Shown one piece after another: positions 28,386 to 42,148 of a stretch of 64,000 nucleotides of DNA. The notes below the pieces were generated by a model. That model made no database searches. It saw only the letters and a list, made by a program, of their open reading frames with translations, and was not told the DNA's origin. The first letter of the stretch is position 1; each line of letters begins with the position of its first letter. This DNA comes from the human T2T-CHM13v2.0 reference genome, Homo sapiens. The stretch is from NCBI RefSeq assembly GCF_009914755.1, contig NC_060944.1; one strand, 5' to 3'. A program made the translations under genes and the position numbers.

Positions 28386-29789
28386 CTCAAATGAGATATT
28401 CAAATATTATTGGAATATATTTTGCACGTTTCTGAAATATATATAAAAGGAAGAATATCACATATATTCTTCTTTGCCTTGCAGTTTTCACTAAAACTTC
28501 ACGTTTTTGACAACAGTTATCCATATTGGGTAACTCATTTTTGTGCTGGCTTACTCATTTTTACTGTCTTACAAGATCAGACTATATGAATAGATATAAA
28601 CTATTAATACAATTTACTCATCAATTCTCCAGACATAAACATTTATGTTGGTGCCAGATTTTTTAGCTATTAGTGAGCAAGGCTGCTCTGAACATTCATG
28701 TATTTATCTCCTGAGAGTACATGTGCAAGAGTTTCTCTAGTCTAGGCTACATATCTGTGAGTAAATCACTGGATGTTATGTTATACACATCTTCAATTTA
28801 ATAGATGATTGCAAACTGCTTATCCAAGTGGTTGTAGCAATTTGCATTCTCATGAGGAGTATTTAAATATTTGCTGTTCTAATTAATTGCAAATACTTGG
28901 TGTTTCAGGCTATTTGGTTATTACCAATCTGTAAGTTTATTTCTTGGACTTTTAATATTAGCTGTATGTTAAGGTATCCTCTTTTATTCCTAACAATTTT
29001 TGTTTGTGCCAACTTTTTTTCTGGAGAGAAAAAAGGAGTTTGGTGTGTTTTTTTATGCCTTTTCAAAGAGTTTTGGCTTTGTTGATACACTCTGTTTTAG
29101 CTTTTCTTATTTCATTGATGTATTCTCTAATATTAGTTATATCCTCTTTCCATTACCCTTAGGTTTAATCTATTGTTCTTTTTTACCGTAATATGATTGC
29201 TTAAATCATTAAATATTTGGATATTCTTCATTACTGTAAGCATGTTAAAGCTAGGAATTTCCCTGAAATTGTGAGTTTAGCCAAATCCCAAGAGTTTTAT
29301 TTGTATTATTTTTATGATCATTCAATTCTAAATAGCTTATCTGTTGCCTTTAAGACATTTTCATGACATAACTATTTTGTAGGAGTGCTTTCAAACTTCC
29401 AAATGTATAAACTTTAATAAAAGTAAAATTTTTGCTTTTCTTTCTAACTTGATCTCATTGTGATTAGAGAATATAGTTTGTGTGATGCTGACTCAAAATT
29501 TTTGAGACTTGCTTTATTGATTGATTTTTGATTTTTGTAATTGTTTTATGTATTCCTAAGCTAAATGTATATTCTCTAATCTCGGAGTGCAGCATTTTAT
29601 ACTTGTCAACTGGATTGTTCTTATTAATTGTGTCATATAAATCTTTTCTTTATTTACTAGTTATTTGTCTACTTTGTCTGTCAATTACAGAGATGTATCT
29701 GGTATCTCCAAGCATTCTTCTTATGCCTTCTGCTCATACCAGTCTCCCTGCTTTTCTTAAAACAGGCCAAGAACTCTGCCCCTTCAGAG

Positions 29790-30268
29790 CCAGTAAACTT
29801 ACTGATTCTACCGTTTGGAATGATTTTCTCAAATCTATAACCTGATTGACTCCCTCACTTCATTCAGGTCACCTTATGAGGGAATCCTACCTTCATCACA
29901 ATCTAAACAATAGCTCCCTTGCTCCTTAATTTTCTGTCCCTTTACCCTCATTTGTTTTTTCCTTTTCAGCCCTTACCAACATCAGGCATATTAAATATTT
30001 TTTTCATTATCTTTTCCATCCAGAATATAAGCTTCAGGGGAATTGTGATTTATTCATTATAATTTCCTCAGTACCTAGAAGGATGCCTGGAATAAAATAG
30101 AGGATTTTATTTTTAAATGTTTCTAATAATAAAATGTTATTGGTAATCCTAATTATGTGTGGGCCCAAACTGTTGCACAACAACTTGTGTAATCCCATCT
30201 ATTCATTTATTGTTCAATTAATTCTTGTTCAGCAAACATTTGTTCAATGAATGAATGAATAAATGAAT
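29790..30268 (+). mobile_element. L2 3' end containing a ~130-bp foreign insertion
   Basis: 'ctccctcacttcattcaggtc...cagtacctagaaggatgcctgg', tail 'aacatttgttcaatgaatgaatgaat'. Confidence 0.7.
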
Positions 30269-31213
30269 GTTAAAAAAAAACCATCTCACTGACAGATTTG
30301 CAATTTCCTCTTTGCAACTGTCTCAAATTTGGCTTTACATATTTTGAGATCAAGTTATTATGTGCATACAGGTTTAGAATTGTTGGAACTTTCAGAATAA
30401 ACAAACATTTTATAACTGAAAATTAAAATCTTATTTTAATAAAATAATTTATCATTTTGCTTTCAGTCTAATTTATCTGATATTAATAATGTTTCATCAA
30501 CTTTTTTCCTATTACCAGTTTCCTGCTATATTTTTCCCACCTGTGACTTCCAGCCTATTTGCATTATTACATTTTATGTATGTGTCTTTTAAAATTGTAT
30601 AATTTGGATTTTGTTTTCTAATCAAATGTAACATTTTCACATTTAAATTAGGGAGTTTAGTTTAAGTACATTTTTTGAGAATACTGATAAGTTGAAAATT
30701 CTTTCTCACATCTTACGTTGTCTTGCTTTTTAAAATGCCCTTTCCTTCCTTTCCAGCCTTTCTTTGAATTTACTGAGTTTTAATTATGTTTTATTATAAA
30801 TCTAGCCTTTGGTCCTCCAAATATTTTACTAGGCTCTGCAGGTCAGTAGAAATAAGTTATGCATACACATCTGTGAAATTTATGCATGCAAATAGCCTCC
30901 ATTCGATAGGTCCGATATTCTGGGAGCTGGGCAGAGCATACCTACGATATACTATTTCATGGAATTCAAATCCCAATGACCCCCTATAAAAAAGGCACTT
31001 TCAAGTTTCTACTGAACTTGCTCTTCCCTTTCTTTCCCCTCTTTTAACCCCAACCAAACAAGTTAGCCATTAAGCCTACTGCTCTGTGTATCAAGTGATT
31101 CTTAAGTTACGTAAATATGCCTGGTAGCATTCACGACTTCATTCTTTTAATTATTTTATTTACTTAGTTTTATTTTATTGGACAGCCTCCACCAACCCTC
31201 TGGACCAGAATAA

Positions 31214-31537
<324 letters not shown>

Positions 31538-32984
31538 TCCTGTCTCTACTATTTTAAATAGCCAGGTGACAAATTGAACTCTTCAATTATTTGTTGAAAT
31601 GACAGAATTTTAGGGTCATAGAAGGAGGGTGAGTTTCATATGAGCAACAGGAACTACTGGCTTAAATGTGAAAATTAATGCATCTCTGCAAATCAAGCTG
31701 TGGCTATCTCTCTGCTTGGTCTCCAAAGGACATATGGTTTACAATCCTCTGTGACACTGAAAAGAGAAAAGAAGCAAGACTATATTTGCCATTTGACTGC
31801 TTTTCATTGGAATTGGATTAAAGCATATTTCACTTTGTTCATTGTCCTTTTTAAAGCATTCAGCTCCACGAAAGGTTGAGCCAGAGCAAGTAGTTGAAAA
31901 GATTTTCTATGCCCCTTTCCTCCCGCGTTGTATGACTGGTGGCAATAAAGTCACTTTCAGGCAGAAAGATGCAAAGCCATTAACTCAGGGTTACATACAT
32001 CCCAAACCAGGCTCAATGGGAAGAACACATTTGACTGTCTCCTTCTGTTTATTTAGCCATCTTCTTAACATTTCTTTTTTGGTGTATGTTTTATGTACCC
32101 AAATTGTATATGTAATGTACATATAATACATTACTCTAGTAATGTATACATACATTTATCAATAAGTATGTGTACATATGGGGAATATGTGCTCAGAAAT
32201 GTTTTACTAATTTGATTTGTGATTTAAAAATGAGTACACTGGTGTGTGTGACAGATTTGGAAGCCTGGTTTCTCATCCACACACTTCAATAAGCATAGCC
32301 CTATAGACCCTCTCAGGTGTATTATCCCAGTTCATATCTTGGGCCTTCTTTATTGACTTAATTCCTTAAGGTGATACTGATGCTTTCCAGTTGAATCTAT
32401 TTCCAGAGTACTTTCCTCCTATCTTCTCTTTTTTCTTTAATCCCTTTGTCCAAGGCCCAGATTACTGCCACTTAAATTCAGTTGTATCTCTTACCTTTTT
32501 CTCCATTCCAGGTTGTGAACAATGTTGCACAATAATTTGTGTAATCCCTGAATATATCTTTCCTGACTTGAGAAAAAAATGAGAATATCTTTCAGTATCA
32601 GGGCTCCTTGGAGGTCAGGGACATTGAATAATGGATGGTATTATTCCCATTATTTATGTGAAAAAAAACACTGAGATTAGGTGATTTTTGTGTAAGGTTA
32701 CAGAATCAATCCGTACGTTTTTAACCTCACCTTGAGATTCTGAGTCTTGTACTTTTCCCTGCTGGGATCCTCAGTGAGTCTATGTTTTCTCAACCTCTGA
32801 CCAGAGGCTATGCCTGTGCCCTGTCCTTGTTTTTCATATGGTAAGGAAAATGTCCTCCTGGATCCTAGGATCTGACCACATCTTATTAATAGAGTTCAAG
32901 GCAGTAGAAAGAGCAAGGTCTTTGAAAGTAGACAGAAGTGCATTCAAATCTCAGCTCCCAGGTCCACATAAGTTGTGAGACCTC

Positions 32985-33350
32985 ATTATGCAGGAGTAAA
33001 AACACGCCCCAAATCTTAGTGGCTTGAAAACCACCAATATTTGTTTCCCACTCACTTTATATATCCATGGGCAGGTTAGAAGGCCCAAGATATGAATTGG
33101 GATAATATACCTGAGAGGACCTATAGGGCTATGCTTATTGAATCGTGTGGATGAGAAATCAGGCTTCCAAATCTGTCACACAAACCAGTGTACTCATTTT
33201 TAAATCACAAATTCTAATTATATGTGGACCCAAGCTGATGAAGCAGATGCCAGAGGAGGAGCACATGGTGACCCATAACTAGCTCTTTAAGCTTCCATGG
33301 AGATGAGACATATGTCACTTACACTCACACGGATGCACCCAACCCAAGAA
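32985..33350 (-). mobile_element. Old MLT1 LTR interrupted by a templated insertion
   Basis: 'ccccaaatcttagtggcttgaaaac', 'gacccaagctgatgaagcag', 'gctctttaagcttcc...atgtcactt'. Confidence 0.6.
33078..33212 (-). repeat. Inverted duplicate of 32215-32349
   Basis: 135 bp ungapped, 8 mismatches by manual alignment (~94%). Confidence 0.95.
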
Positions 33351-34064
33351 GGGAGAAGCCTTCTTGGCCGAGAAGGGAAAGCCCATCGTGTGCTCAGGAG
33401 GAGAACCAAAAACATTGGAGATACACCACTCATAATTATCACGCCAATGTATTTAGCATCTCTGAGCCCCAGTCTTCTATGTAAAAACAGGACAGTGATA
33501 AGGATAGAAATATAATAAATCAGAACTAATGTCTTAATACATGAAATGTACAGCACAATGCTTGGCCAGCGGTTGAGTCTTAACAAATATTAGTTCAATC
33601 CTGTCTGCATTTTGTTCCTTTCTCTCTAGACCTGAGAATAGAGGGAATTGGTAGGAAAATGCCAGCGGGCCGGTTTCTAATTCCACCAAGAAGACAAGGA
33701 AAATGGGTTGCAACAGCAGCCAGAGGACAGAAGGCCAGGGTAGCCGGTCAGGTCCCAGGGATCAGGTAGAATTTCATTACTCACAGGACTTTTTTTTTTT
33801 TTTTCAGCACAAAATAACCTTCTAGAAAACCCAGCTGAGGAGAAAGTTCACAAAGGGGTCACATAGGTAGCCCAAGCTCTTCGAGGTCAATGCATGGTGT
33901 GCCTCTTGATGCAGCCTGGCACTTTCATTAACGTATTTAATCATGCTTTTATCTTTAATCATCAAATGGCTTAATAGCATGCATTGTATTCCCAGGCCTG
34001 AAATAACAATGGTTATGTGGCTCTGTGATAAATGTTTTTAATAAAATCAGTAATTACCCTTTTT

Positions 34065-34087
34065 GTGTGTGTGTGTGTGTGTGTGTA
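34065..34087. repeat. (TG)n microsatellite
   Basis: Direct reading. Confidence 0.9.
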
Positions 34088-34810
34088 TTATATTAACATC
34101 TTTCCATTTCCTTAATTTTGGCTTTTAGATATGCAAAAAAAAAAAGACTAAGGTAGAATACTCAAAATACTGTTTTATGTTTGGTTTTGTTTCTAGGAGC
34201 GCCTGCTGAATAGCAGGAAAGGTGAATTCTAAGCTGTGGATTTTAATGCAAACTTCATCTAAGAACAGTTGGGGTTGGGAGAGAGCCCTGGCTTCAGGGC
34301 CAACCAAAGGTGGGGTCTGAATCCCAGCTGTATGAGAGAAGGCTACTCATAGGAACTCTCCAAGCTGAATTTCCAAATCTGTAAAATGGTAGAGCACTAT
34401 TCTTTATAAAGTTGTGGTGGAGAATATAAAGATGCTTAAAAGTAATTACATTTAACAAAAAATAGAATAGCCCTTACTATGTACCAGAAGCTATTCTAAG
34501 TGACTTATAAATATTAACTCATTTGGTCCTCAACGCAACCTTACCAAGACAGGTATTTTGAGATGATAGATAAATAAAAAGAGAGGTTAAGTAACTTTCC
34601 CATCGTGCCATAGCTAGTAAGTAGTAGAGCTGAAATTAGAACCCAGACAATCTGCCTAGAGAAGTACATTCTTGATTTCATACTCTAAACAGGTGAGCTA
34701 TTATTACTGTTGTTATTGGTCCAATAAACATATTTTTACTTAATAGACCTGGCTTTTGTGCTGGAAACTCTGGTCATTGTACATTTAATGATGGCTGTTT
34801 ATCCTTACAC

Positions 34811-35428
34811 TTAATTTATATTTAATTTATAAATATAAATAATATAATTTATAAATATAAATAATATAATTTATAAATATAATTTATATTTAATTTATAG
34901 ATATAAATTATATAATTTATATTTAATTTATAGATATAAATTATATAATTTATATTTAATTTATAGATATAAATTATATAATTTATATTTAATTTATAGA
35001 TATAAATCATATAATTTATATTTAATTTATAGATATAAATTATATAATTTATATTTAATTTATAGATATAAATTATATAATTTATATTTAATTTATAGAT
35101 ATAAATTATATAATTTATATTTAATTTATAGATATAAATTATATAATTTATATTTAATTTATAGATATAAATTATATAATTTATATTTAATTTATAGATA
35201 TAAATTATATAATTTATATTTAATTTATAGATATAAATTATATAATTTATATTTAATTTATAGATATAAATTATATAATTTATATTTAATTTATAGATAT
35301 AAATTATATAATTTATATTTAATTTATAGATATAAATTATATAATTTATATTTAATTTATAGATATAAATTATATAATTTATATTTAATTTATAGATATA
35401 TAAATTAATATATATCAATTTATATTTC
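34811..35428. repeat. AT-rich minisatellite, 33-bp unit (attatataatttatatttaatttatagatataa), ~16 near-perfect copies plus degenerate flanks
   Basis: Direct reading; the 11-aa periodicity of the spurious 189-aa ORF confirms the 33-nt period. Confidence 0.97.
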
Positions 35429-36735
35429 TATTCAAACTGTTTGTGTTGTAAGGTGTTCCTTATTCATTTATCAATGCCCGATATAGAATTGGCCTTTATT
35501 TATACTCACTGTATGTCATTCTGCAGAATAGCTCAGGATTCTTTTAAGTAAGTCTCATCCTCTCTACTTATATTGTTGAAGGCAAATCACTCTGAACCTT
35601 AGTTCATCTCTCTGTAAAATTAGGCTACAGGTTGTACCTGCTGTTTCAGACTGATGTGTCTTATTTATTTAGCAAATATGTATTGAGCATCCACTTAGAG
35701 TACCATACCCATTCCTGGCGGGAAGTGTCTTGGTAATTTTAATCAATCCTGACATACCACCCACAGGGACCTCTGATCATATAGATAGGAACAGTCTTGG
35801 ATAAAGAAGGAACCTGGGCTGTGAAGTCAGAAATTGAGCTCCTCCACTTGTAGAAGGACATGTCACCTCACCTGAATCCTATCTGTAAAATGGGTTGACC
35901 TAAGAGAACAAGAATCTGAGAAGGAAAAATACATGGCATAGTGCTGGGCACACATCAAGGACAAAGAGGGAGACTGTCTAGTCTACTTCTAATTTGGTTT
36001 TATGAAGCCCAAGAGACAAGGACACATGGTTTGCTGAGTCCAAAAGCACCATCATGTGCATAAGTTCAGGGCCCCGTTGTGTTTCCAATACCTAACCCCC
36101 CTTGAAAATGCCCCAGGAAGAATTGGCTTGTATGACCACAGCAGTCCCAGCAAATTTGCAGGATGGTGCAGTCCTACAGCCCTTCCCTACCTAGGAACAA
36201 AAGTTTGTAGCCTATATTCTTCTTGAATAATAGGAATTATTTATTTTGAAATGTATTCCTGGAACTTTGCTTGGGTTATAGTTTTAACTTCCATAGGCAT
36301 GAATTCACATGCTATAACGTGTGTGTTTTTTAAAAAAGGAGCCCCAATACAGACCTGCTCACAGCAAGATGAAGGGTATTTACTGGGTCATACAAGATGT
36401 GCTATGGTGTCCAGATAAGAGCTCAGACCCCAAGAGGAAAGTTATTTTTCCAGCCCTAAAGGATAGAGTAAAACAACCTTTCCCATTATCTTGCTAGGCA
36501 AGAAACCAAGACAAAGCGGTAGAACTAAGGGGTGGCAGGCAAGAATATACATACAAATTACACAGACTGGAAGTAACAGAACCGTGGAGTCCTGCAAGCA
36601 GGTGGCAAAGCCATTTCTCTCTATTCATCGTGCAGAATAAATTAGGGGAAAGCCACATTTCCCAGCCAGAGAAGCAATAAAAATTTAAAATGTAAAATAA
36701 CCTTGAGCAAAAGCATTAGCAAAGGCCTTGCCTGT

Positions 36736-37161
36736 TGCTATGGTTTGAATGGCCCCTCCAAAACTCATGTTGAAACTTAATCCCCAATGTGGCAATCACT
36801 GAGAGGCGGGCCTTTAAGAAGTGAATGAATCATGACGGCTCTGCCCTGATGAATAGATTAATCCATTCATGGATTGATGGATTAAGGGGTTATCATGGGA
36901 AGGGAACTGATGACTTTGTAAAAAGAGAGAGACCTGAGGTAGCACATTGCATATTAGTACAGTTAGCACATGGCCACATGATGCTCCATGCTGCCTTGGG
37001 ACTTCTAAAGGAGTCCTCACCAATAAGAAGGTTCTCACCAGATGTACCCTCTGAACCTCAGACTTCCCAGTCTCTGGAACTGTGAGAAATCAATTTTGTT
37101 TCTTTATAAATCACCCAGTTTCAGGTATTCTGTTATAAGCAACAGAAAGCAGACTAATTAA
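36736..37161 (+). mobile_element. MST (MSTC-like) solo LTR
   Basis: tgctatggtttgaatg start, 'aaaactcatgttgaaacttaatccccaatgtggca'; 5-bp TSD cctgt (36731-36735, 37162-37166). Confidence 0.88.
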
Positions 37162-38713
37162 CCTGTTCTGCAAATAATAATAAACTCTTGATACAACAGA
37201 CTTATCCTAGCCAAGACTAGTGTGAGGCAGTAACAGTGGGAAGTCTAGGGGAATGGAGACCAGGAACACTCAAGGGGAAGAGAAACTCGAAGGAAGCCAG
37301 GACAGGACTTTTGTCTTATTTGGAGTTGATTGAAGGCTTTCACCAAATGCACTGAATATAGTACTCATCGTTTGTGGACTTTTTTTTTTTTCATGACTAT
37401 GGTCAAGAAGTTGAGGGTAAAATGTATTCCTTTTCAGTCAATAATTTGAATCTGATGCTATTACTTCTGGTGTGGTTCCTTAACTAGGAGCTCGATAAAG
37501 ATCACGAAACACATGTATCTGGAGATCAGGATTAGATATGCCCAACTTAACTCTTACTCTAATGATTTTGGTACCAAATGAGTAATAACTGGTAAACACC
37601 CTATTTTTTTTTTTTAGATACCAATGTCTTGGCAAGGTCTATTTCCTTCTGAAAGGGCTACACCCTGGGCCTTTGCAGACTCGCCTCCTGCTTTCTAAAT
37701 CTAGACCAAGTTCCTACCAATGACAGCAAAGCACTCCATTCTATAGCAACCTCTTTTCTTAACTTAGAACGTATAGTGTGTACATTATCATTCAAAGTTT
37801 GTACATCATGAATGAACAAGGAACAACATTCCAAAGGCAAGAAGAGTAAATAGGAAAGGTTCTATTCCTCCCTCTCCCTGAGCTGAGCCATCTGTCTTGT
37901 TTCTCTCCCTGGAGGCAACTACTCATAGCAATTTTGGATGCAACCTTCTAAAGATATTCTTTACTTAAACATATATAAGTAAATGTTTAAATTATCATAC
38001 CAAATATTCATGAAATTTAATACACAATTTATATAAATTTCTATGAATTTTAATACATATATAGATTTCATGTAACCACCACCACTATCAGGATACAGCA
38101 TGGTTTCATCATTCCAAAAAACTTCCTTGTACTATCCTTCCATAGTCACAGTGTCCCTAAAACTTCCCACACAATTCCTAACCCCTGGCAACCACCGAAC
38201 TCTTTTCTGTTACTATGGTTTTATCTTTTTGAGAACATCACGTAAGTGGAATCACACAATATGTAGGCTTTTGAGTGTCTCCTTTTCTCAGTATAATGCC
38301 TTTGAGATTCATCCAGTTGTGTGTATTAATAGCTTGTCCCATTTTAATTGCTGAGTAATATTCCAACATGAGGATGTACCACATCTCCTTTATCTATTAA
38401 CTTGTTGAAGGCCACATCTTCTTGGTGATTATGAATAGATCTGCTATAAATATTTGCGTATTTATTTTGGTGTGAACATACTTTCATTTATCTAGGATAA
38501 ATAACCAGTATTTGGGTTGCTGGGTCTAACAAGTAGTACGTGTTTAATTTATTAAGAAATTAACTAAATGTTTTCAAGCTGACTGCATACACTGTTCTGC
38601 ATTTTATAAAAATCAGTGATGCATCCTACCAATCATTTTGGATGTGTCAGTTTAGTTAGATCTACCTCATTTAAAAAATCAGGCTGCAATGTTTTAATGT
38701 TGTCATTGTGATG

Positions 38714-39147
<434 letters not shown>

Positions 39148-41074
39148 TAGCTTCCTTGAAGAAGCCATTGTTTTTCTTAATTTTGTTAATTTCTGGATAC
39201 CCAATTTTCTTTCTTCTACTTTTTTCAGTTTATTCTGTTGAAAAAATTCTAATTTATTGAGTTAACTTCTTAATTCACACAGATTAACAAACATGAGAGA
39301 GTAGACATTAAGTCCAGAAGTTCACTGTTTTAGTTGTATCCCATCAGGTCTGATATGTATTATTTTATACCTATTTGTATTATTTTGTGTTCTTATTTTC
39401 TAGATATTTTGCAATTTTAATATTGGTTTCCTCTTTTACTTGAAACTTGCATGAGATAATTTTTTGTTATTAATATTCTATTACATTTCCAGGTGCTGGG
39501 AAATATATATGCTACACATAAAGTGTAAAGAACGATCATCAGAAGAACACTCTTCACCAGCAGTTTGAGAAACAACATTATCCATATCTCTGAATTCCAC
39601 TTTGCTGCACTCTTCTAATTCATACATTTCTTTACCCCAAGAAACACCCATTTTTCTGAATTTGGGGTTAGTCATTCAACTGCTTATATACATAAGCAGT
39701 GATAAACCTCCAATGAAAAATGAACGTTTAAGCCTTGATGTCAATGGAATCATAGTGAATGCATTCCGCTCTAATATTCATTTTTCTCTGAACAGTATGT
39801 GTGGAATTCATCCATTTTGATACTGGTGGCTATAGTTTGCTCACTTTCACTGCTGTGTAGTAGCCCCATTGAGCGTAAATATGACAATTTACTTCTCATT
39901 TTTTCTATGATGGTCCATTTAGATTGTTATCAATTTTTAGCTTGTACAAACAAATTTGCTAGGAATGTTCTTGGGCATAATCCATGATAAACATGGGTTT
40001 ATTTAGGTTAGCTCCTCCAGGATGGAATGGCTAAAATATACGATATATTCATCTTTTGCTTTATAATAAAATGCCAATGTTTGCCTGAAGTGGCTTGACC
40101 AATTGATCCTGCATGTATCGGCACCCTCCTGCTCCCCATCCTTGCTCATGTTTGATAATGTCACACTTTTAAACATTTCTTACATATGGGATATGAAGTC
40201 ATATCACCTAGTACTTTTAATATCTGTTTCTAAGATTTTAATACAATTTCTCAGTTCTTTGTGATCATCCAACTTTATAAAATGCATTTTCTTTGTTCAC
40301 GCTTTTCTTTTCTTTTCAAATGCCTTTTTAAAATTGATTCACTGAGATTCATGATTTACTCTAGATACTTATTTGTTGCTGGCTTTGTATGTTGCAAATA
40401 TTTTCTGCCAGTGTGTGGTTTGTCTTTTCAATTGATTTGGGGGTGCCTTTTGAAGAAGAGAAATTCAACGTTTTAACACATTTGATTAACATTACTATTT
40501 GTATAATCTTTAAGAAGACTCTACCTCACAGTCAAAAAGTATTCTGTCTATATTTTTCTCTTAATATGAAGGTTTACCTTTTATAAATAAGACATTTATT
40601 CATCAAAAATTGATTCTGTGCATAGTGAGTGATAGGATCCCAGCAATTTTTCCAAGTGGAAAATCAATTATTCTATCGCTATGTAGGATTGTTGTCATAA
40701 CAATTTACAAAACCGTTCCACATATGTATAGGCCTATTTCTGACTTTTCATCCTGCTCTACTTGTAAATCCCTGTACTAACTTCACATTCTCTTAATTTC
40801 TGTAACTTATAGTATGACCTCATTACCGGGAGGGCAGCAATCTTCATGATTTTCTCTTTTGGATATCCTCTTCTGTAAAAATCAGAGAACTCTCTTGTCA
40901 AGTTCCACTGGGGGTTTTATCTTAATTGCCATCGGATCTATAGATTAGCTTGAGAATAATCAACATCTTAAACACACTGGGTATTTTTATCCAATAATCT
41001 ATCTCTCTATTTAGGTCACGTTTAAAACTTTTCAATGCAATTTTATAATTTTTTTTCATAAGAACCATGGACAA

Positions 41075-41371
41075 GTTTGGGCATGGTGGCTCATGCCTGT
41101 AATCCCAGCACTCTGGGAGGCCGAGGCAGGCGGATCACAAGGTCAGGAGTTTGAGACCAGCCTGGCCAACATGGTGAAACCCCATCTCTACTAAAATTAC
41201 AAAAATTAGTCAGGTGTGGTGGCATGTGCCCGTAATCCCAGTTACTCGGGAGGCTGAGGCAGGAGAATTGCTTGAACTCAGGAGGGTGTGGTTGCAGTGA
41301 GCTGAGACTGGGCCACTACACTCCAGCCTGAGTGACAGAGCAAGACTCCATTAAAAACAAAAAACAAAAAA
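41075..41371 (+). mobile_element. AluS (Sg-like)
   Basis: Full sense Alu, 'ggatcacaaggtcaggag'; degenerate TSD catggac(a/g)agt. Confidence 0.93.
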
Positions 41372-41609
41372 CATGGACGAGTGTTGTTCAGCCCTAGGAA
41401 GTTATATTTTGCTATTATACTTATTATCATTTTTAATACTTTTTCTGTTTGCAGCTGGGGTACAGAAATGCAATGACTTTCTTGAATAAGCTTTTTATTG
41501 AAGTACAATAGATCAAAAATGTGCACAAGTCATAAGTGTACAGTTTTTTAAATTTTCAAACAGCGTGGTCCATGTAACCAGCACCCAGATCAAGAATGAA
41601 CACATCTTT

Positions 41610-42148
41610 GCCATCCCATTACTGGGTATATACCCAAAGGACTATAAATCATGCTGCTATAAAGACACATGCACACGTATGTTTATTGCGGCATTATTCA
41701 CAATAGCAAAGACTTGGAACCAACCCAAATGTCCAACAATGATAGACTGGATTAAGAAAATGTGGCACATATACACCATGGAATACTATGCAGCCATAAA
41801 AAATGATGAGTTCATGTCCTTTGTAGGGACATGGATGAAATTGGAAATCATCATTCTCAGTAAACTATCACAAGAACAAAAAACCAAACACCGCATATTC
41901 TCACTCATAGGTGGGAATTGAACAATGAGATCACATGGACACAGGAGGGGGAATATCACACTCTGGGGACTGTTGTGGGGTGGGGGGAGGGGGGAGGGAT
42001 AGCATTGGGAGATACACCTAAGGCTAGATGACGAGTTAGTGGGTGCAGCACACCAGCATGGCACATGTATACATATGTAACTAACCTGCACAGTGTGCAC
42101 ATGTACCCTAAAACTTAAAGTATAATAAAAAAATAAATTAAAAAAAAA
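41610..42148 (+). mobile_element. 5'-truncated L1PA2-like insertion (ORF2 C-terminus plus 3'UTR)
   Basis: Intact ORF2p C-terminus AIPLLGIYPK...HRIFSLIGGN*; GAG rather than ACA at the Ta-diagnostic site; perfect 15-bp TSD aagaatgaacacatc (41592-41606, 42149-42163). Confidence 0.96.

Larger units (their letters stand above)
25780..30800 (-). mobile_element. Cluster of nested old L1M/L1ME fragments
   Basis: Very T-rich; L1 antisense motifs 'ctagaagtggaattactggg', 'aagtggttataccaattta', 'caaaatgaattaggaa'. Confidence 0.6.

Noticed and set aside
34849-35418. 189-aa ORF, the longest in the window
   Set aside because: Artefact of a stop-free frame through the 33-bp minisatellite (IYKLNINYIIY repeats).
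34811-35428. CRISPR-like periodic array
   Set aside because: Head-to-tail tandem units with no unique spacers, in eukaryotic context and with no cas genes.
36592-36610. Third CTCF-like motif (caagcaggtggca)
   Set aside because: Mismatch at a key C of the core; equally explained as an E-box.
41565-41921. 118-aa ORF as a gene
   Set aside because: It is the C-terminus of L1 ORF2p in a 5'-truncated copy with a chance upstream non-ATG start and no promoter.
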